Source: Armatimonadota bacterium (GTDB lineage: Bacteria; Armatimonadota; UBA5829; DSUL01). From it: a DNA stretch of 64,000 nucleotides. A program made the translations under genes and the position numbers. How positions within the stretch are numbered: position 1 is the stretch's first letter; each line of letters begins with the position of its first letter. This document shows positions 30,937 to 40,646 of the stretch, in pieces. The stretch is taken from positions 736,001-800,000 of the forward strand of contig JBDHZC010000001.1 of assembly GCA_039811685.1 (NCBI GenBank). The letters are read 5' to 3'. The notes under the pieces were generated by a model, which did no database searches, was not told where the DNA came from, and saw only the letters and a program-made list of their open reading frames with translations.

Positions 30937-32353
30937 ACTCATTTTAGTCTGCATTTTGCTGTTGATTGTCGGCGCATCCGCGCGAGCGCAGTCACCAACT
31001 GCTTCAGAGCTATTCAGTATCCGCATTGAAAACGTCCCGGATGGGCGCATCCAGGTAAAAATGAGCCGCGAGCGTGTGTGGACGACAGTAGGACACGTGC
31101 TTGAACCGGCTGTGCAGACTGTCTCGACCTTCGCTGCGGCTGCCTACGTCCCGGCTGGAGCTGTTGCAGCTACGGCTGTCCACGGTATTCGCATAAGAAC
31201 CCCGTCCTCCGGGTCAGCTCCGGTGGGAATCAGCATTCAGCCGAGAGAGTTCAGGATGATGCCGGAGCGATACGGCGGTCATATTCCGGGCAAATCGGCA
31301 GTTGTTACGGACATAGGCGCAGGGGAAGCAATCTTTCGGGAGTTCGCGCCTCTCGTAGGAGATCCTGTACAAATTGAGACATCAAGCGGACTGCAGAGTC
31401 TGCCTCAGGACTGGCAGCCAACTCCGGGCGACGTGCTGGTGATCACATCCAGTGAGCCCGCCAGGCAAATTGTCGCTGTGGAGTTCGAAAATCGTGCGGG
31501 TGGAGCTGTCACCACCGTCGATAGCAGCGGAGAGCGCCGCAAGATAGGCGTTGTCAGGCAGGCGGTTCGCGGAATAGGTCGCTTCGATGGCACCAGCTAC
31601 ACGGGTGTCGGCGCGGTTAACACCAACCACGGCGGGGTTATCACTATCTCGACAGCCCCGGCGACTCGACCCGTCGACGAGGGACAGCAGCCGGAATCGC
31701 GTGGCGGTTTCGAGATTCAGCCGTATCAGCACTCAAAGTCACAACCTCCGATGCCGCAGGCAATGATTGTTGCGCCGCTGGACAACGCCAACACATTTGA
31801 AGGTGAAGGTCCACTTTTCTACGGCATGCTGACTCTGGGTAACGGCGCTGATGTCGTGGATATGCGTGTGGGCAACGGGCCGTGGCGCGCGCTTCCAGCT
31901 CTGGTAGGCAAGATAGACGACGCGCTGACAGGCACAGGACTGAGCCGCCTGCTGCCGCCCATAGGAAGCGGCGAAGGGGTAAGCGCACTGCGCATTCGCC
32001 GTGAAGCGCGCTCTTACAAGGAGCTTTCCGAGCGTCTGAAGACTCTGGCGAAGATCGACACAGCGCCATCCACCGCAGAATCTTCGATCGAATGGACGCT
32101 CAAGATGCCCTACCCGCCATCGGCTGCCTACGCCGTCTTTACCGGCGACGGGAAGATAATCTCCGTCACAAACATTACACCCTTCAGAGTGACAATCCAC
32201 CCAAAAGACGTTCCGCGCATACTGAGTGCGGAGATCATCGGCTCCGACGGGCAGACGCTTGAGACGCGCACTGGGAAGATCACACTTTCGGGCGGCAAAC
32301 TCACTGTAGTCGAGTCATCGAACCGCCACGCAAACCTTTCCACCAGTTCCTGA
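30923..32353 (+). CDS. Secreted hypothetical protein
   Basis: Signal peptide MRVSRLILVCILLLIV; overlaps the upstream gene; ATAVHGIRI, NHGGVITIST, GGFEIQP motifs. Confidence 0.75.
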   Translation: MRVSRLILVCILLLIVGASARAQSPTASELFSIRIENVPDGRIQVKMSRERVWTTVGHVLEPAVQTVSTFAAAAYVPAGAVAATAVHGIRIRTPSSGSAPVGISIQPREFRMMPERYGGHIPGKSAVVTDIGAGEAIFREFAPLVGDPVQIETSSGLQSLPQDWQPTPGDVLVITSSEPARQIVAVEFENRAGGAVTTVDSSGERRKIGVVRQAVRGIGRFDGTSYTGVGAVNTNHGGVITISTAPATRPVDEGQQPESRGGFEIQPYQHSKSQPPMPQAMIVAPLDNANTFEGEGPLFYGMLTLGNGADVVDMRVGNGPWRALPALVGKIDDALTGTGLSRLLPPIGSGEGVSALRIRREARSYKELSERLKTLAKIDTAPSTAESSIEWTLKMPYPPSAAYAVFTGDGKIISVTNITPFRVTIHPKDVPRILSAEIIGSDGQTLETRTGKITLSGGKLTVVESSNRHANLSTSS

Positions 32354-32495
32354 CCACCGCTTTGCGCTGTATAAATCCACCGTAGAGCGATACGTCTTTT
32401 TGGGGATGATATACACCGCACAGACACGGGCTCAAGGCGGCCGGATGAATCGGCGGCAGGACATCTCGGCGTCGGGACAACGCCACTCCACAAAC

Positions 32496-32572
32496 AAAAA
32501 AGCCCGCCAGCTACTGGCGGGCAATTCAGATAAACATCTGACAAAAGGAGAAAAGATTGTCGGTTTCCAGCC
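32496..32572 (-). ncRNA. Candidate small RNA, sibling B (anti-SD seed + intrinsic terminator)
   Basis: GGCUGGAAACC-GACA-AUCUUUUCUCCUUUUG-UCAGAU(GUUU)AUCUGA-AUU-GCCCGCCAG(UAG)CUGGCGGGC-UUUUUU. Paralogous to 32625-32706. Confidence 0.6.
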
Positions 32573-32601
32573 GTATATTCGGCAAAAGCGCACCGCGTCT
32601 T

Positions 32602-32615
32602 CACAAGGCCTTGTG
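32602..32615. promoter_or_regulatory. Perfect 14-bp palindrome between the two sRNA units
   Basis: CACAAGGCCTTGTG is its own reverse complement. Confidence 0.4.
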
Positions 32616-32624
32616 CATCGCGAC

Positions 32625-32706
32625 AAAAAAAACCGCCTGCGCAAAATGCGCAAGGCGGATAGTCAAACTCTATGACAGAAGGAGAAAAAGATATTTGGTT
32701 CTCACC
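32625..32706 (-). ncRNA. Candidate small RNA, sibling A (sigma54-driven)
   Basis: GGU(GAGA)ACC-AAAU-AUCUUUUUCUCCUUCU-GUCA(UAGAGUU)UGAC-UAU-CCGCCUUGCGCA(UUU)UGCGCAGGCGG-UUUUUUUU, starting 11-12 nt after a sigma54 -12 element. Confidence 0.68.
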
Positions 32707-32715
32707 ACTAATAAG

Positions 32716-32731
32716 TGCAAGATTTGTGCCA
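32716..32731 (-). promoter_or_regulatory. sigma54 (-24/-12) promoter
   Basis: Minus strand TGGCAC-AAATC-TTGCA, near consensus with exact spacing. Confidence 0.78.
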
Positions 32732-32890
32732 TTCTGCAGTCTGGGGCGAAATTCGGCGAAAAAAGCGCCGTACAGTCCTGACTACGGAAGTCTGAGTGGC
32801 AGTGCAAATCGAGAAGACTCTCAAGTGGCGCGGACAGCGGACGAACCCGAACTCTCGGCCCGGTCGCACAGTTGACTTCTTATGCGCAGA

Positions 32891-33832
32891 TTATGGCTTT
32901 GGAATCTCGATCAATCTCAGAGACCGGGCGACAGACTGTAGAGTCGCTGGTTGGACTCCTCCGCTGAGAACTGCCAGGCACTGCCCAAGATTGACAGTCA
33001 GGACGGGTCCCGTCGAACCGGAAGCCAGAACGGCAGCTCTGCCGTCAATCTGCAGGCGGTGTCCTGCAATAGCAGACATCTGGAACGCTCCGGCAGGCTG
33101 CAGCAGGAGATGGATTTCTTTGGCGCCGGCGGCGTAGGTGATTAGAAGTTGCTCCGGTGTTGACAGCTTTCCATCGGAAGCCAGCCCTTTCGGCGTATAG
33201 GAAACGGTCTTCAAATAGAAGTACTCCGGTAGCTTTGCGGGTTCGTAGACCGGGAAGCTGGCCTGTTGGGCAGCATCGCGCAGTCCAGCCGGGACCGGCT
33301 TCTGTGAATCGTCAACTCGGGAAGCGCCAGTGCCTGGCTTCACCTTCTGTAAGGATTCCGCAACCGTTCGAAGAGTCAGAAGCGCGTCATTTGTCGTCAT
33401 GCCTGCCTTGCCGCGCAGTCCAATCATGACAGCGACTCCTTCGCGAGTGACGGTAAGGTCCACCAGTGTGGCGCCATCTTCGCTCTTGCTGACCTCGTAA
33501 GGCGCAGGAGATCCGGCGATGTCAATGGTTGGGCAGTCCGGACAATCCAGCCCTTCCGGGGAGGATTCCATAAGAGTGATCTCCCTTCCGTCATTGCTGA
33601 AATAGGTAACTATAAGCATGTCCTCCGGGGCGGTGACAAGCTGGAGGTCACTGAAGGCAAATCCCTCTGGTATTGTGGCAGGGCGATAGAGGGGCAATCC
33701 GATACGGGAGGCAGCCGAGATAAATGGATCAGGGGCCACCGCCGCGGATTCGGATCCAGCCGCTCCGGCGGCCGGGACAAACAACTGGGCAAGTGCCAAC
33801 CACATTAGTGCTAACGTGAAGGAGATCCTCAT
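32891..33832 (-). CDS. Secreted hypothetical protein with two similar modules (DUF4367-like)
   Basis: Signal peptide; repeated P(L/V)YxPxx(I/L)PExF motif. Confidence 0.7.
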   Translation of the reverse strand: MRISFTLALMWLALAQLFVPAAGAAGSESAAVAPDPFISAASRIGLPLYRPATIPEGFAFSDLQLVTAPEDMLIVTYFSNDGREITLMESSPEGLDCPDCPTIDIAGSPAPYEVSKSEDGATLVDLTVTREGVAVMIGLRGKAGMTTNDALLTLRTVAESLQKVKPGTGASRVDDSQKPVPAGLRDAAQQASFPVYEPAKLPEYFYLKTVSYTPKGLASDGKLSTPEQLLITYAAGAKEIHLLLQPAGAFQMSAIAGHRLQIDGRAAVLASGSTGPVLTVNLGQCLAVLSGGVQPATLQSVARSLRLIEIPKP

Positions 33833-33900
33833 TACAGTCCTCTCAGGCGTAGTGGCAAATCAAAGACTAAGACGCACAAACTGCTGTCGGGTTCTCTGTA

Positions 33901-35637
33901 TCACCAACCGGCCACAGACCCGACCTCCGTACGGCTGCTAATTCCCGCTATGAGTTTACCAGGCATCACCTCAATCATCGAAGGCTGTCCATGGCTGTAG
34001 GCGTCCTCTACGTCCACTTCGTGACCACGCGCCTGAAGCCCTTTCAGTACGTCCAGTGGGAGGCGTGATTCACAAGCGACGAGTTTTGCAAAACTGGACC
34101 GGGGATAGAACGAGCTCGGAAAAGAGCGTACGGTGACCGTTGGAGCGTCTAGAGCCTCCATCAGCGGCATGTCTTTCTCTACGATGTTCAGGAATGCCTG
34201 TAGAGTCCACTGATCCTGTCCGTCTCCGCCGGGAGTGCCAAATACGAGCCATGGCCGCCCATCTCTGAAAGCCATGGACGGTGATAAAGTGGCTCTCGGG
34301 CGCTTGTGAGGAGCGTAACAGTTGGATCGAGAGGAATCCAGATAGAACATCTGGCCTCGCGTACCGAGGGCAAAACCCAGTCCGGGGATGACGGGCGAAC
34401 TCATAAGCCAGCCTCCGGAGGGCGTAGCAGAGACGCAGTTGCCGTGCCTGTCCACAACATCGAGGTGAGTCGTGTCGCCTGTGTGGCCGGCAGGCCCGCT
34501 GGGGCGCCCGTCACCGGCGGTGATATCTATATCTGGGACAAAGCCGCGTCCATCCGGATTTCCAGGGTGCACGGTGGGTGCTGCCACTTCTCCGATGAGA
34601 GCCCGCCGGTCTGCGTTGTACGAATCGGACAGCAACTCGCTTATTGGCGCCTTATCGTGGTCAGGGTCTCCGTAGAAGGCTTCACGGTCCGCAAAAGCCA
34701 ACCGAGCGCACTCAACTACTGTATGCCAGTAGTCCGGCTCAGGCATAGCCCGCAGATCAAAGCCCTGCAACAGCGCAAGCTGCTGCAGAAAGACCGGACC
34801 TTGCGTCCACGGCCCGCACTTGGCCACCCTAACGCCGCGATACTCGAAGCTGACCGGGGCAGACAGAGCTGGCTTCCAGCGCGCCATATCGTGCTGACTG
34901 AGAAAGCCGCCGTGCTCCCGTCCCGTTGAGTCCAGGACACGCCAACGCCTGCAAAACTCTTCGACGATGCGAGCGCACGGCCCACTGTAGAACCAGTCGT
35001 ACGCAGCCTGCAATCCGCTCACACGGTCGAGCCTGGCAGCAGCCTGATTGCGCAACGCGCGCAGTGTATCAGCCAACTCCGGGAACTTGACACGCTGGCC
35101 CACTTTGGGGGCGCGGCCATCCGTAAGATACACGGACGCAGAAAAGGGCCACTGCTCCCGAAACCGCTGTTCGCACCCTTCAATGGCTTCGGCGAGTCTG
35201 CCATACACCGCGAAGCCGTGCTCGGCCAGATCAATCGCTGGCTCCAGAATGCGGCCAAGCGGCATCGTGCCGAACTGCCGGAGAAGAAACAGCCAAGTCC
35301 CGGGGAGAGATGGGACCGTCGCAGGAAGCAATCCATCTCCGGGAATAAGCGCGATGCCCTGCTCCTGAAACCATTCGAGCGTCAACCCTCGCGGCGAGAA
35401 GCCCTGGCCCGAAGTTTGATACGTCTGCCCGTTGATGTGGACAAGGACCGGACACTCACCGCCAAGGCCATTCTGATGTGGCTCCAGAACTGTCAGGCAA
35501 AAGCTGGCCGCGGCGGCGGCGTCTACAGCATTACCGCCCTCGTCCAGAATATCGTGCGCCGCTATTGTCGCCAGGTAGTGACCAGTAACAACAGCATGCG
35601 ATCGGGCGTGGAACTCAAGACGAGACATAGCGGCCAT
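33901..35637 (-). CDS. ggt: Gamma-glutamyltransferase family protein
   Basis: GGNAVDAA, FADRE..YGDP, GDTTHLDVVD (nucleophile Thr), KRPRATLSP, GTPGGD. Confidence 0.92.
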   Translation of the reverse strand: MAAMSRLEFHARSHAVVTGHYLATIAAHDILDEGGNAVDAAAAASFCLTVLEPHQNGLGGECPVLVHINGQTYQTSGQGFSPRGLTLEWFQEQGIALIPGDGLLPATVPSLPGTWLFLLRQFGTMPLGRILEPAIDLAEHGFAVYGRLAEAIEGCEQRFREQWPFSASVYLTDGRAPKVGQRVKFPELADTLRALRNQAAARLDRVSGLQAAYDWFYSGPCARIVEEFCRRWRVLDSTGREHGGFLSQHDMARWKPALSAPVSFEYRGVRVAKCGPWTQGPVFLQQLALLQGFDLRAMPEPDYWHTVVECARLAFADREAFYGDPDHDKAPISELLSDSYNADRRALIGEVAAPTVHPGNPDGRGFVPDIDITAGDGRPSGPAGHTGDTTHLDVVDRHGNCVSATPSGGWLMSSPVIPGLGFALGTRGQMFYLDSSRSNCYAPHKRPRATLSPSMAFRDGRPWLVFGTPGGDGQDQWTLQAFLNIVEKDMPLMEALDAPTVTVRSFPSSFYPRSSFAKLVACESRLPLDVLKGLQARGHEVDVEDAYSHGQPSMIEVMPGKLIAGISSRTEVGSVAGW

Positions 35638-35704
35638 TTCGCCACTAGTTTAGCACACGGATGCGGGAGTGCGAACGCCTCGCCGCGCGGTTCGGGCGCA
35701 GAAC

Positions 35705-36412
35705 TCAGCTGCTGCCAAAGACTGGAATGACTGCGCCACTGGTGGCCTTCGAGCGGTCCTCGCAAAGGAAGAGAATGAGCTCCGCAATCTGACGAGGGCT
35801 GACCCAGCGGGAAAAATCCGAATTTGGCATTGCGGCCCGATTGGCGGGAGTGTCAATTGTGCCGGGGAGAATGCAGTTTGCGCGGACACCATCGCTTTTC
35901 ATTTCCTCCGCCAGCGTACGGGTAAGCGCTACAACCGCAGCCTTCGAAACAGCATAGGGAACCAGATGGGGCGAAGGTTCAACGGCAGCGCGCGCTCCCA
36001 CTGTAACGATACTTCCCCGCGAGGCTTTCAAAAGAGGCGCCAGGGCCCTGCAGGCAAGAAAAACCGTCTTGGCATTCAACTCCAGCATCCGGTCCCAATC
36101 CTGTTCAGGTGTGTCCTCAATGGCGTGACCGCCAGTGAATCCACCGGCAAGGTTGACCAGCGCGCTGACAGACCCAAAGCTGCGCCTGGCCATGCTGGCG
36201 ACTTTGGACAGTCCGTCTGCGCTCGTAAGGTCCACGCGCACGCCCTGCAGACCTGTAGACAGATCTCCGACGCCGTCTTTGAGCGCTGCCATCCCCTTTT
36301 CGTCCAGAAAAGTGACAAGCGCCTGCCAGCCAGAGGCCAGAAACGCACGGGTTACTACGGACCCTAGTCCACCAGTCCCTCCGGTGATCACAACGGCTTT
36401 GGTGAGAGGCAT
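35705..36412 (-). CDS. Short-chain dehydrogenase/reductase
   Basis: ITGGTGGLG, VNLAG, YAVSK, PGTIDT. Confidence 0.92.
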   Translation of the reverse strand: MPLTKAVVITGGTGGLGSVVTRAFLASGWQALVTFLDEKGMAALKDGVGDLSTGLQGVRVDLTSADGLSKVASMARRSFGSVSALVNLAGGFTGGHAIEDTPEQDWDRMLELNAKTVFLACRALAPLLKASRGSIVTVGARAAVEPSPHLVPYAVSKAAVVALTRTLAEEMKSDGVRANCILPGTIDTPANRAAMPNSDFSRWVSPRQIAELILFLCEDRSKATSGAVIPVFGSS

Positions 36413-36424
36413 CAGAATAACCGC

Positions 36425-36829
36425 CTACTCTTCGTCATCGCCAAATCCCGGGCCCTGATCGTCATCTACCTCCACGAGCTCCAGACACTCCTGGACAAGA
36501 TCGTCATACTCGTTGTAGTCGCTTTCGGTAATATAGACGCTGGCTTCAGTGGGGGGAATCAGGCTGTTTTCAGATTCCGACTGAACGACGCCGTTTATGC
36601 CACGGTCTTTCAACGCATTGACCACTATATTGGCGGCGTAGGGAGGCCCACTGTAGATCTCAATCAGATCTCCGGTGTCCTCAGTTTCCTCTTCATCTTC
36701 ATCTTCCACGGCGTCTTCGTCATCAGGAAGAAGCTCATCCGCCTCTTCCTCCATCAGTTCCACACCGCAGTCACTACATTCAGCGGTACCCTTGCGAAAC
36801 TCGGCTCCACATTCCGGACAATATGGCAT
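36425..36829 (-). CDS. Zinc-ribbon + acidic DUF2007-like signalling protein
   Basis: CPEC...CSDC N-terminus, acidic linker, A.IVVNALKDRGI. Confidence 0.75.
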   Translation of the reverse strand: MPYCPECGAEFRKGTAECSDCGVELMEEEADELLPDDEDAVEDEDEEETEDTGDLIEIYSGPPYAANIVVNALKDRGINGVVQSESENSLIPPTEASVYITESDYNEYDDLVQECLELVEVDDDQGPGFGDDEE

Positions 36830-37025
36830 GATGCATCTAACCCCCTTTGTGGGTCCGACTGGCCCACTGTCATTGCGGAAACTGGAATAAAATACCCAAT
36901 CCTTACCATCACCGCAACTCGGGATTAGTAAACCAGGCGCCCACAGTTTTTGCCATAGAAAACCTGAAGTTGACTATCCGGCCCTGGATGGACGCGACAG
37001 AGCCGCTCATGTCCGCAGAAATGCG

Positions 37026-39257
37026 CTACAACTCGTGTATGTTACTCGCAGACACAGGTTTGACCGATGGCACGTAGCCGCCTCCATCCAGCACCGTGCC
37101 GAGTGGACCATCGACGGCGACGAATAAGCCTGCGCCCGGTGTGTACCCGGCCGGTGTTGTCACTGCCAGCCCATCGCCGGGCACACTTCCATCGCTGATG
37201 AAGAAATGGTCGCTCTCAATGCGCGTCACCTTGCCTGAGACACCAACCAGAAGCCCGGCAGCGCCGAGACCATCCAGTCCGTTAACAGCTTCGCGATTTG
37301 TCATCAGCAGCGGAACAAGCGGATCGCCAGTTGGCCCGTGGCTGCTCCACTGCGCAACAAGGACTCTCTCCTCGTTGACAGTCTGGAGCACACCCTGCAG
37401 GCTCATCCGCTCCCCGATAGCAACCTGAATTGGAGAGTTCACACGCAGACCGGCAGCGCGGTCTGGTTGTTCAACGTAGTAGTGATCTGGAAAGGAAGCC
37501 GTGACAACAGCACTGCCGATTGTGAGCGAGGAAGCATCTGGCAGTGCTCTAGCCTGACCTGTGGAGATCGAGTTTGTGACGGTGATGCGCGAGGTTTTGT
37601 CCTTTTTGCCAACGGCATCCGTGGCCTGCACAACAAAGCTACCCAGACCCCTGGCAGTAACAAGACCGGCGGCATCTATTGTCGCGACAGTCCCGGCTGG
37701 CGCCGCAGCATTGCCGGGGTCACGCTCATCAAGAATCTCCCAGGCAGCGGCAGTTCCGTTCTTGAGCACAAAAGGCCGGTAGCCGTGTAGCGGGACGCTG
37801 CCAGCGTCTGGTTCGACACGCGGGAAGTCAAAGCGCGTGTTCCCAACATAGACATCATCAACGAAAAATGATCCGACGCCGTAATCCTGAAAACGGATAA
37901 ACCCGAGCGGGCCATTCGCGGCAGAGGCATCCTGCGGAAGAACGCCAATGGCGTACTGCCTGCCGTCCACATAGACATTGTAGCGCTTTACGTTGTAGTC
38001 AATACGGATGGAGATGCGGTACCACTGACCCAGACTGTAGCTGGTCATGTAGGAGTATGCGCCACCGCCGACTCCGTTGGAATTCCAGTAGTTGATTCCT
38101 CCGCCGTTCAAAAAGGCGACCGTGCCAAGCAGCGATGACGCACTGTTACCGAAGTAGCACAGTCCGCCGCCCTGCCCCGTTTGACGCTTGGCCCAGAAGT
38201 CTATCCACTGGACTTTGTCATTGGTGCTCGTGTACGTCTTGTCCGCGTAGGCCTGATCCAGCTCCAGCGCCTGTGTGCCCGAGTGGACGTGCGCGGCCTG
38301 CACGGCTGTAACAGTTCCGGCACGGCTCCATCCCTGTTGGCCGGAAATATCACCAACCTGATAGTCCGGTCCCTCAAAGCCCGTACCCAGCGCAACGGTC
38401 GGATTCGGCCCGGGGTCGAAGGTGTCCCACACCGCAATCGCATCGGCCACTTTGCGCTCCGCGCCATCGGAGGGTGTATTGACGACTGAGCCTCCCAGAT
38501 AGAACGTAGAGGAACCGCCGGAGTCAAAACCCATTCCGTCCCACGCACCCAGCTCAATTAGAAAAGCGCCCAGCTCCGGCCCGGTCATGCCCACGCTGAA
38601 GCCGGGAAGACGCCCGTCCACAACAGCCAGAATCAGCTTGGTCTTATCCTGAGATATTCCAAGAGCGGTGCGCGGATTGCGAGCGTAAGCGTCCGGAAGT
38701 CCAGAAGTGTTCTCAATGGCCACCATTCCATTTCTGACAAGGCGCGGCCCACCACTGGCAACATTGAACATCCACGATGGCACTGAATAGGGAAAAGTGC
38801 TGGCATAGACGCCCATGAAGCTCTCGAGAGTCGTTCCGTTCATCGCCCACGAGAGACGCCCGTTGACAAACCCGCCCACCTGCAAGCCATCCATCAGTGC
38901 CAGGCCCTGCGGCTGGTGATCCTGCGCAGTTCCAAACTGGAAGTAGTCCGCGTTAATGGCGGCAAGCGCTCCATGCCTGGATGCCATTCCGCGAACGGTC
39001 TCCCCACCGTCTGGCCCGGAGGTCTCATTCTTGACCAGGGTTCCAACGCGGACATGAGGATTTGTCACGTCTACAACAAGAGCGTGGATGCTCCAGGGTG
39101 TAGATGTGGTTCGATGGAGGTACTGGACGCCCGGAACGACTTGTGTCCAGGTGTCAGTGGCGCCGGCAAAACCCGTTGGAATGAGCGCCAGAAGAGCTGC
39201 GATAAACAAGATGCGACAGACTCGCATGTCTGCAGCCACGTAGCCGGTTTGAGACAT
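37026..39257 (-). CDS. Secreted phosphodiester glycosidase (NAGPA/DUF2233) family protein with C-terminal surface domain
   Basis: AAINADYF, GGPRLV, RNPRTALG, VVDGR, FDSGGSS, ERKVADA. The start may be MRVCR, 10 codons later. Confidence 0.85.
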   Translation of the reverse strand: MSQTGYVAADMRVCRILFIAALLALIPTGFAGATDTWTQVVPGVQYLHRTTSTPWSIHALVVDVTNPHVRVGTLVKNETSGPDGGETVRGMASRHGALAAINADYFQFGTAQDHQPQGLALMDGLQVGGFVNGRLSWAMNGTTLESFMGVYASTFPYSVPSWMFNVASGGPRLVRNGMVAIENTSGLPDAYARNPRTALGISQDKTKLILAVVDGRLPGFSVGMTGPELGAFLIELGAWDGMGFDSGGSSTFYLGGSVVNTPSDGAERKVADAIAVWDTFDPGPNPTVALGTGFEGPDYQVGDISGQQGWSRAGTVTAVQAAHVHSGTQALELDQAYADKTYTSTNDKVQWIDFWAKRQTGQGGGLCYFGNSASSLLGTVAFLNGGGINYWNSNGVGGGAYSYMTSYSLGQWYRISIRIDYNVKRYNVYVDGRQYAIGVLPQDASAANGPLGFIRFQDYGVGSFFVDDVYVGNTRFDFPRVEPDAGSVPLHGYRPFVLKNGTAAAWEILDERDPGNAAAPAGTVATIDAAGLVTARGLGSFVVQATDAVGKKDKTSRITVTNSISTGQARALPDASSLTIGSAVVTASFPDHYYVEQPDRAAGLRVNSPIQVAIGERMSLQGVLQTVNEERVLVAQWSSHGPTGDPLVPLLMTNREAVNGLDGLGAAGLLVGVSGKVTRIESDHFFISDGSVPGDGLAVTTPAGYTPGAGLFVAVDGPLGTVLDGGGYVPSVKPVSASNIHEL

Positions 39258-39474
39258 AGACTAACCCCTTGCAGTCTTCGAAAACTGGTGTCACAGACAG
39301 CGGGCAGTGCGCTCGCCCGCTCCATATTCCTATTGTAACATGAGCGTTTCCATACACCGGCACATCTTTGTCAAAATAGTTTTATATTTCCAAGGTCCGG
39401 TCTCCACGCTCCATTGAGCACGGGAATACGGTCAGCAAATTTACCTGTTTTGCCTAAAATCGTGTGAAGACTTC

Positions 39475-39504
39475 TGGACAAAACTCGGTCGGAGGGTTTA
39501 TACT
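39475..39504 (+). promoter_or_regulatory. Putative sigma70 promoter, PEP-CTERM copy 1
   Basis: TGGACA-18bp-TATACT; equivalent elements precede copies 2 and 3. Confidence 0.6.
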
Positions 39505-39675
39505 TCGGATAGTCAGCAAGTTGCAGGATAGCCTGTGGCTGCTGTGAAGCCAGCCGAGAAGTGGCAGGGCTGCCGATATGTGCAAGCCGTGGTCGCCGTA
39601 ACGCTCCGCAGAGAGCGATCTGGTTTCCACACCTCCACGGTCTCGATGGAGAGATATCAGTAGAAGGAGAGAGAA

Positions 39676-40380
39676 ATGAAACTGTCTCGTTTTGGTATGT
39701 TAGTTGCAGCCGCGGCTGCAGTTATGTCAATTTCCAGCGCAGCCCATGCGTGGAACTATGGTGATTCCTGGGTCATTCCTCTTGACCCCAATAAGACCTG
39801 GAACGGCGAAGCCGGGCTTCAGGGCAATGGGTGGAACCTTGAGACCAGTGGTGGGGCAGCCGAGAACGGCGGTCAGTACTGGTGGAGCTCTAACTATGAG
39901 TCCACCCGAATCGCCCGTTATTTCTTTGACGCTTCTATCACAGGCGGCGACGCGCCGACATCTGCCGAGAAGTTCATAATTCAGACGTGGGTTCCAGCAG
40001 CGCATGCGAATGCGTACAACGTCATTCAGGTGAGCTTTGACGGCATGAGCAGCGAAGAAGGGATTATGAACCCGAATATCCCGTGGGGGGGCCAATTCGG
40101 CACCAACCATCAGTGGATGGATCGCCATCAGGGCAATCAGGGCAAATGGGTTCTGGCTGGGCCAAATCCTCAGAGCCCTGGCACCGTTGACGGCAAGGGC
40201 TTCGTTTATGCCAAGCAGGGCAGCTATTTCTACGTGTCAACCTACGGCTTCTATGGCCCGACTGATCAGTACGCTGTAAGCGCGATCAAGGTGACAGTCG
40301 TTCCTGAGCCGGGAAGTATTCTGGCGCTGGGTGGCAGTCTGCTTTCGATGGCCGGACTGGTCATTCGCCGCCGCAAGTAA
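39676..40380 (+). CDS. PEP-CTERM surface protein, tandem paralogue 1
   Basis: Signal peptide, Trp/Gly-rich domain, VPEPGSILALGGSLLSMAGLVIRRRK. Confidence 0.92.
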   Translation: MKLSRFGMLVAAAAAVMSISSAAHAWNYGDSWVIPLDPNKTWNGEAGLQGNGWNLETSGGAAENGGQYWWSSNYESTRIARYFFDASITGGDAPTSAEKFIIQTWVPAAHANAYNVIQVSFDGMSSEEGIMNPNIPWGGQFGTNHQWMDRHQGNQGKWVLAGPNPQSPGTVDGKGFVYAKQGSYFYVSTYGFYGPTDQYAVSAIKVTVVPEPGSILALGGSLLSMAGLVIRRRK

Positions 40381-40472
40381 ACAACTTGTTCGAACCAGAG
40401 CTGTCGGCTCGGAGCTGAATCTGAGCCGGCAGAAACTCCTTCCAGGCCACCCTTCGGGGTGGCCTTTTTTTC
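40294..40472 (+). repeat. 179-bp direct repeat copy 1 (PEP-CTERM tail + 3'UTR + terminator)
   Basis: Identical to 41458-41551 over the first 94 bp; few mismatches afterwards. Confidence 0.9.
40444..40471 (+). terminator. Intrinsic terminator
   Basis: AGGCCACCC-TTCG-GGGTGGCCT followed by a T-tract. Confidence 0.9.
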
Positions 40473-40646
40473 CTGAGCCTGGCCTGACAGCCTCTGGCCA
40501 ACTATCTTTTGCTGTCGGTCCACTCAGATCGTGACAACCGGCCGCCTCAAAGAGAACGGTTTTGTTCATTGCCTTCCATGAAGCGATCTGTGACGATTTA
40601 CAGGTACGCAAGTGTACGGGTTTTGTCTCGATATCGTGACATCTTC

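Noticed and set aside
32557..32781. Plus-strand 74-aa ORF with AAGGAG + TTG, as a possible type I toxin or small protein
   Set aside because: It is not hydrophobic and runs through a terminator hairpin. The U-tracts and the sigma54 promoter both point to minus-strand transcription. Not fully excluded.
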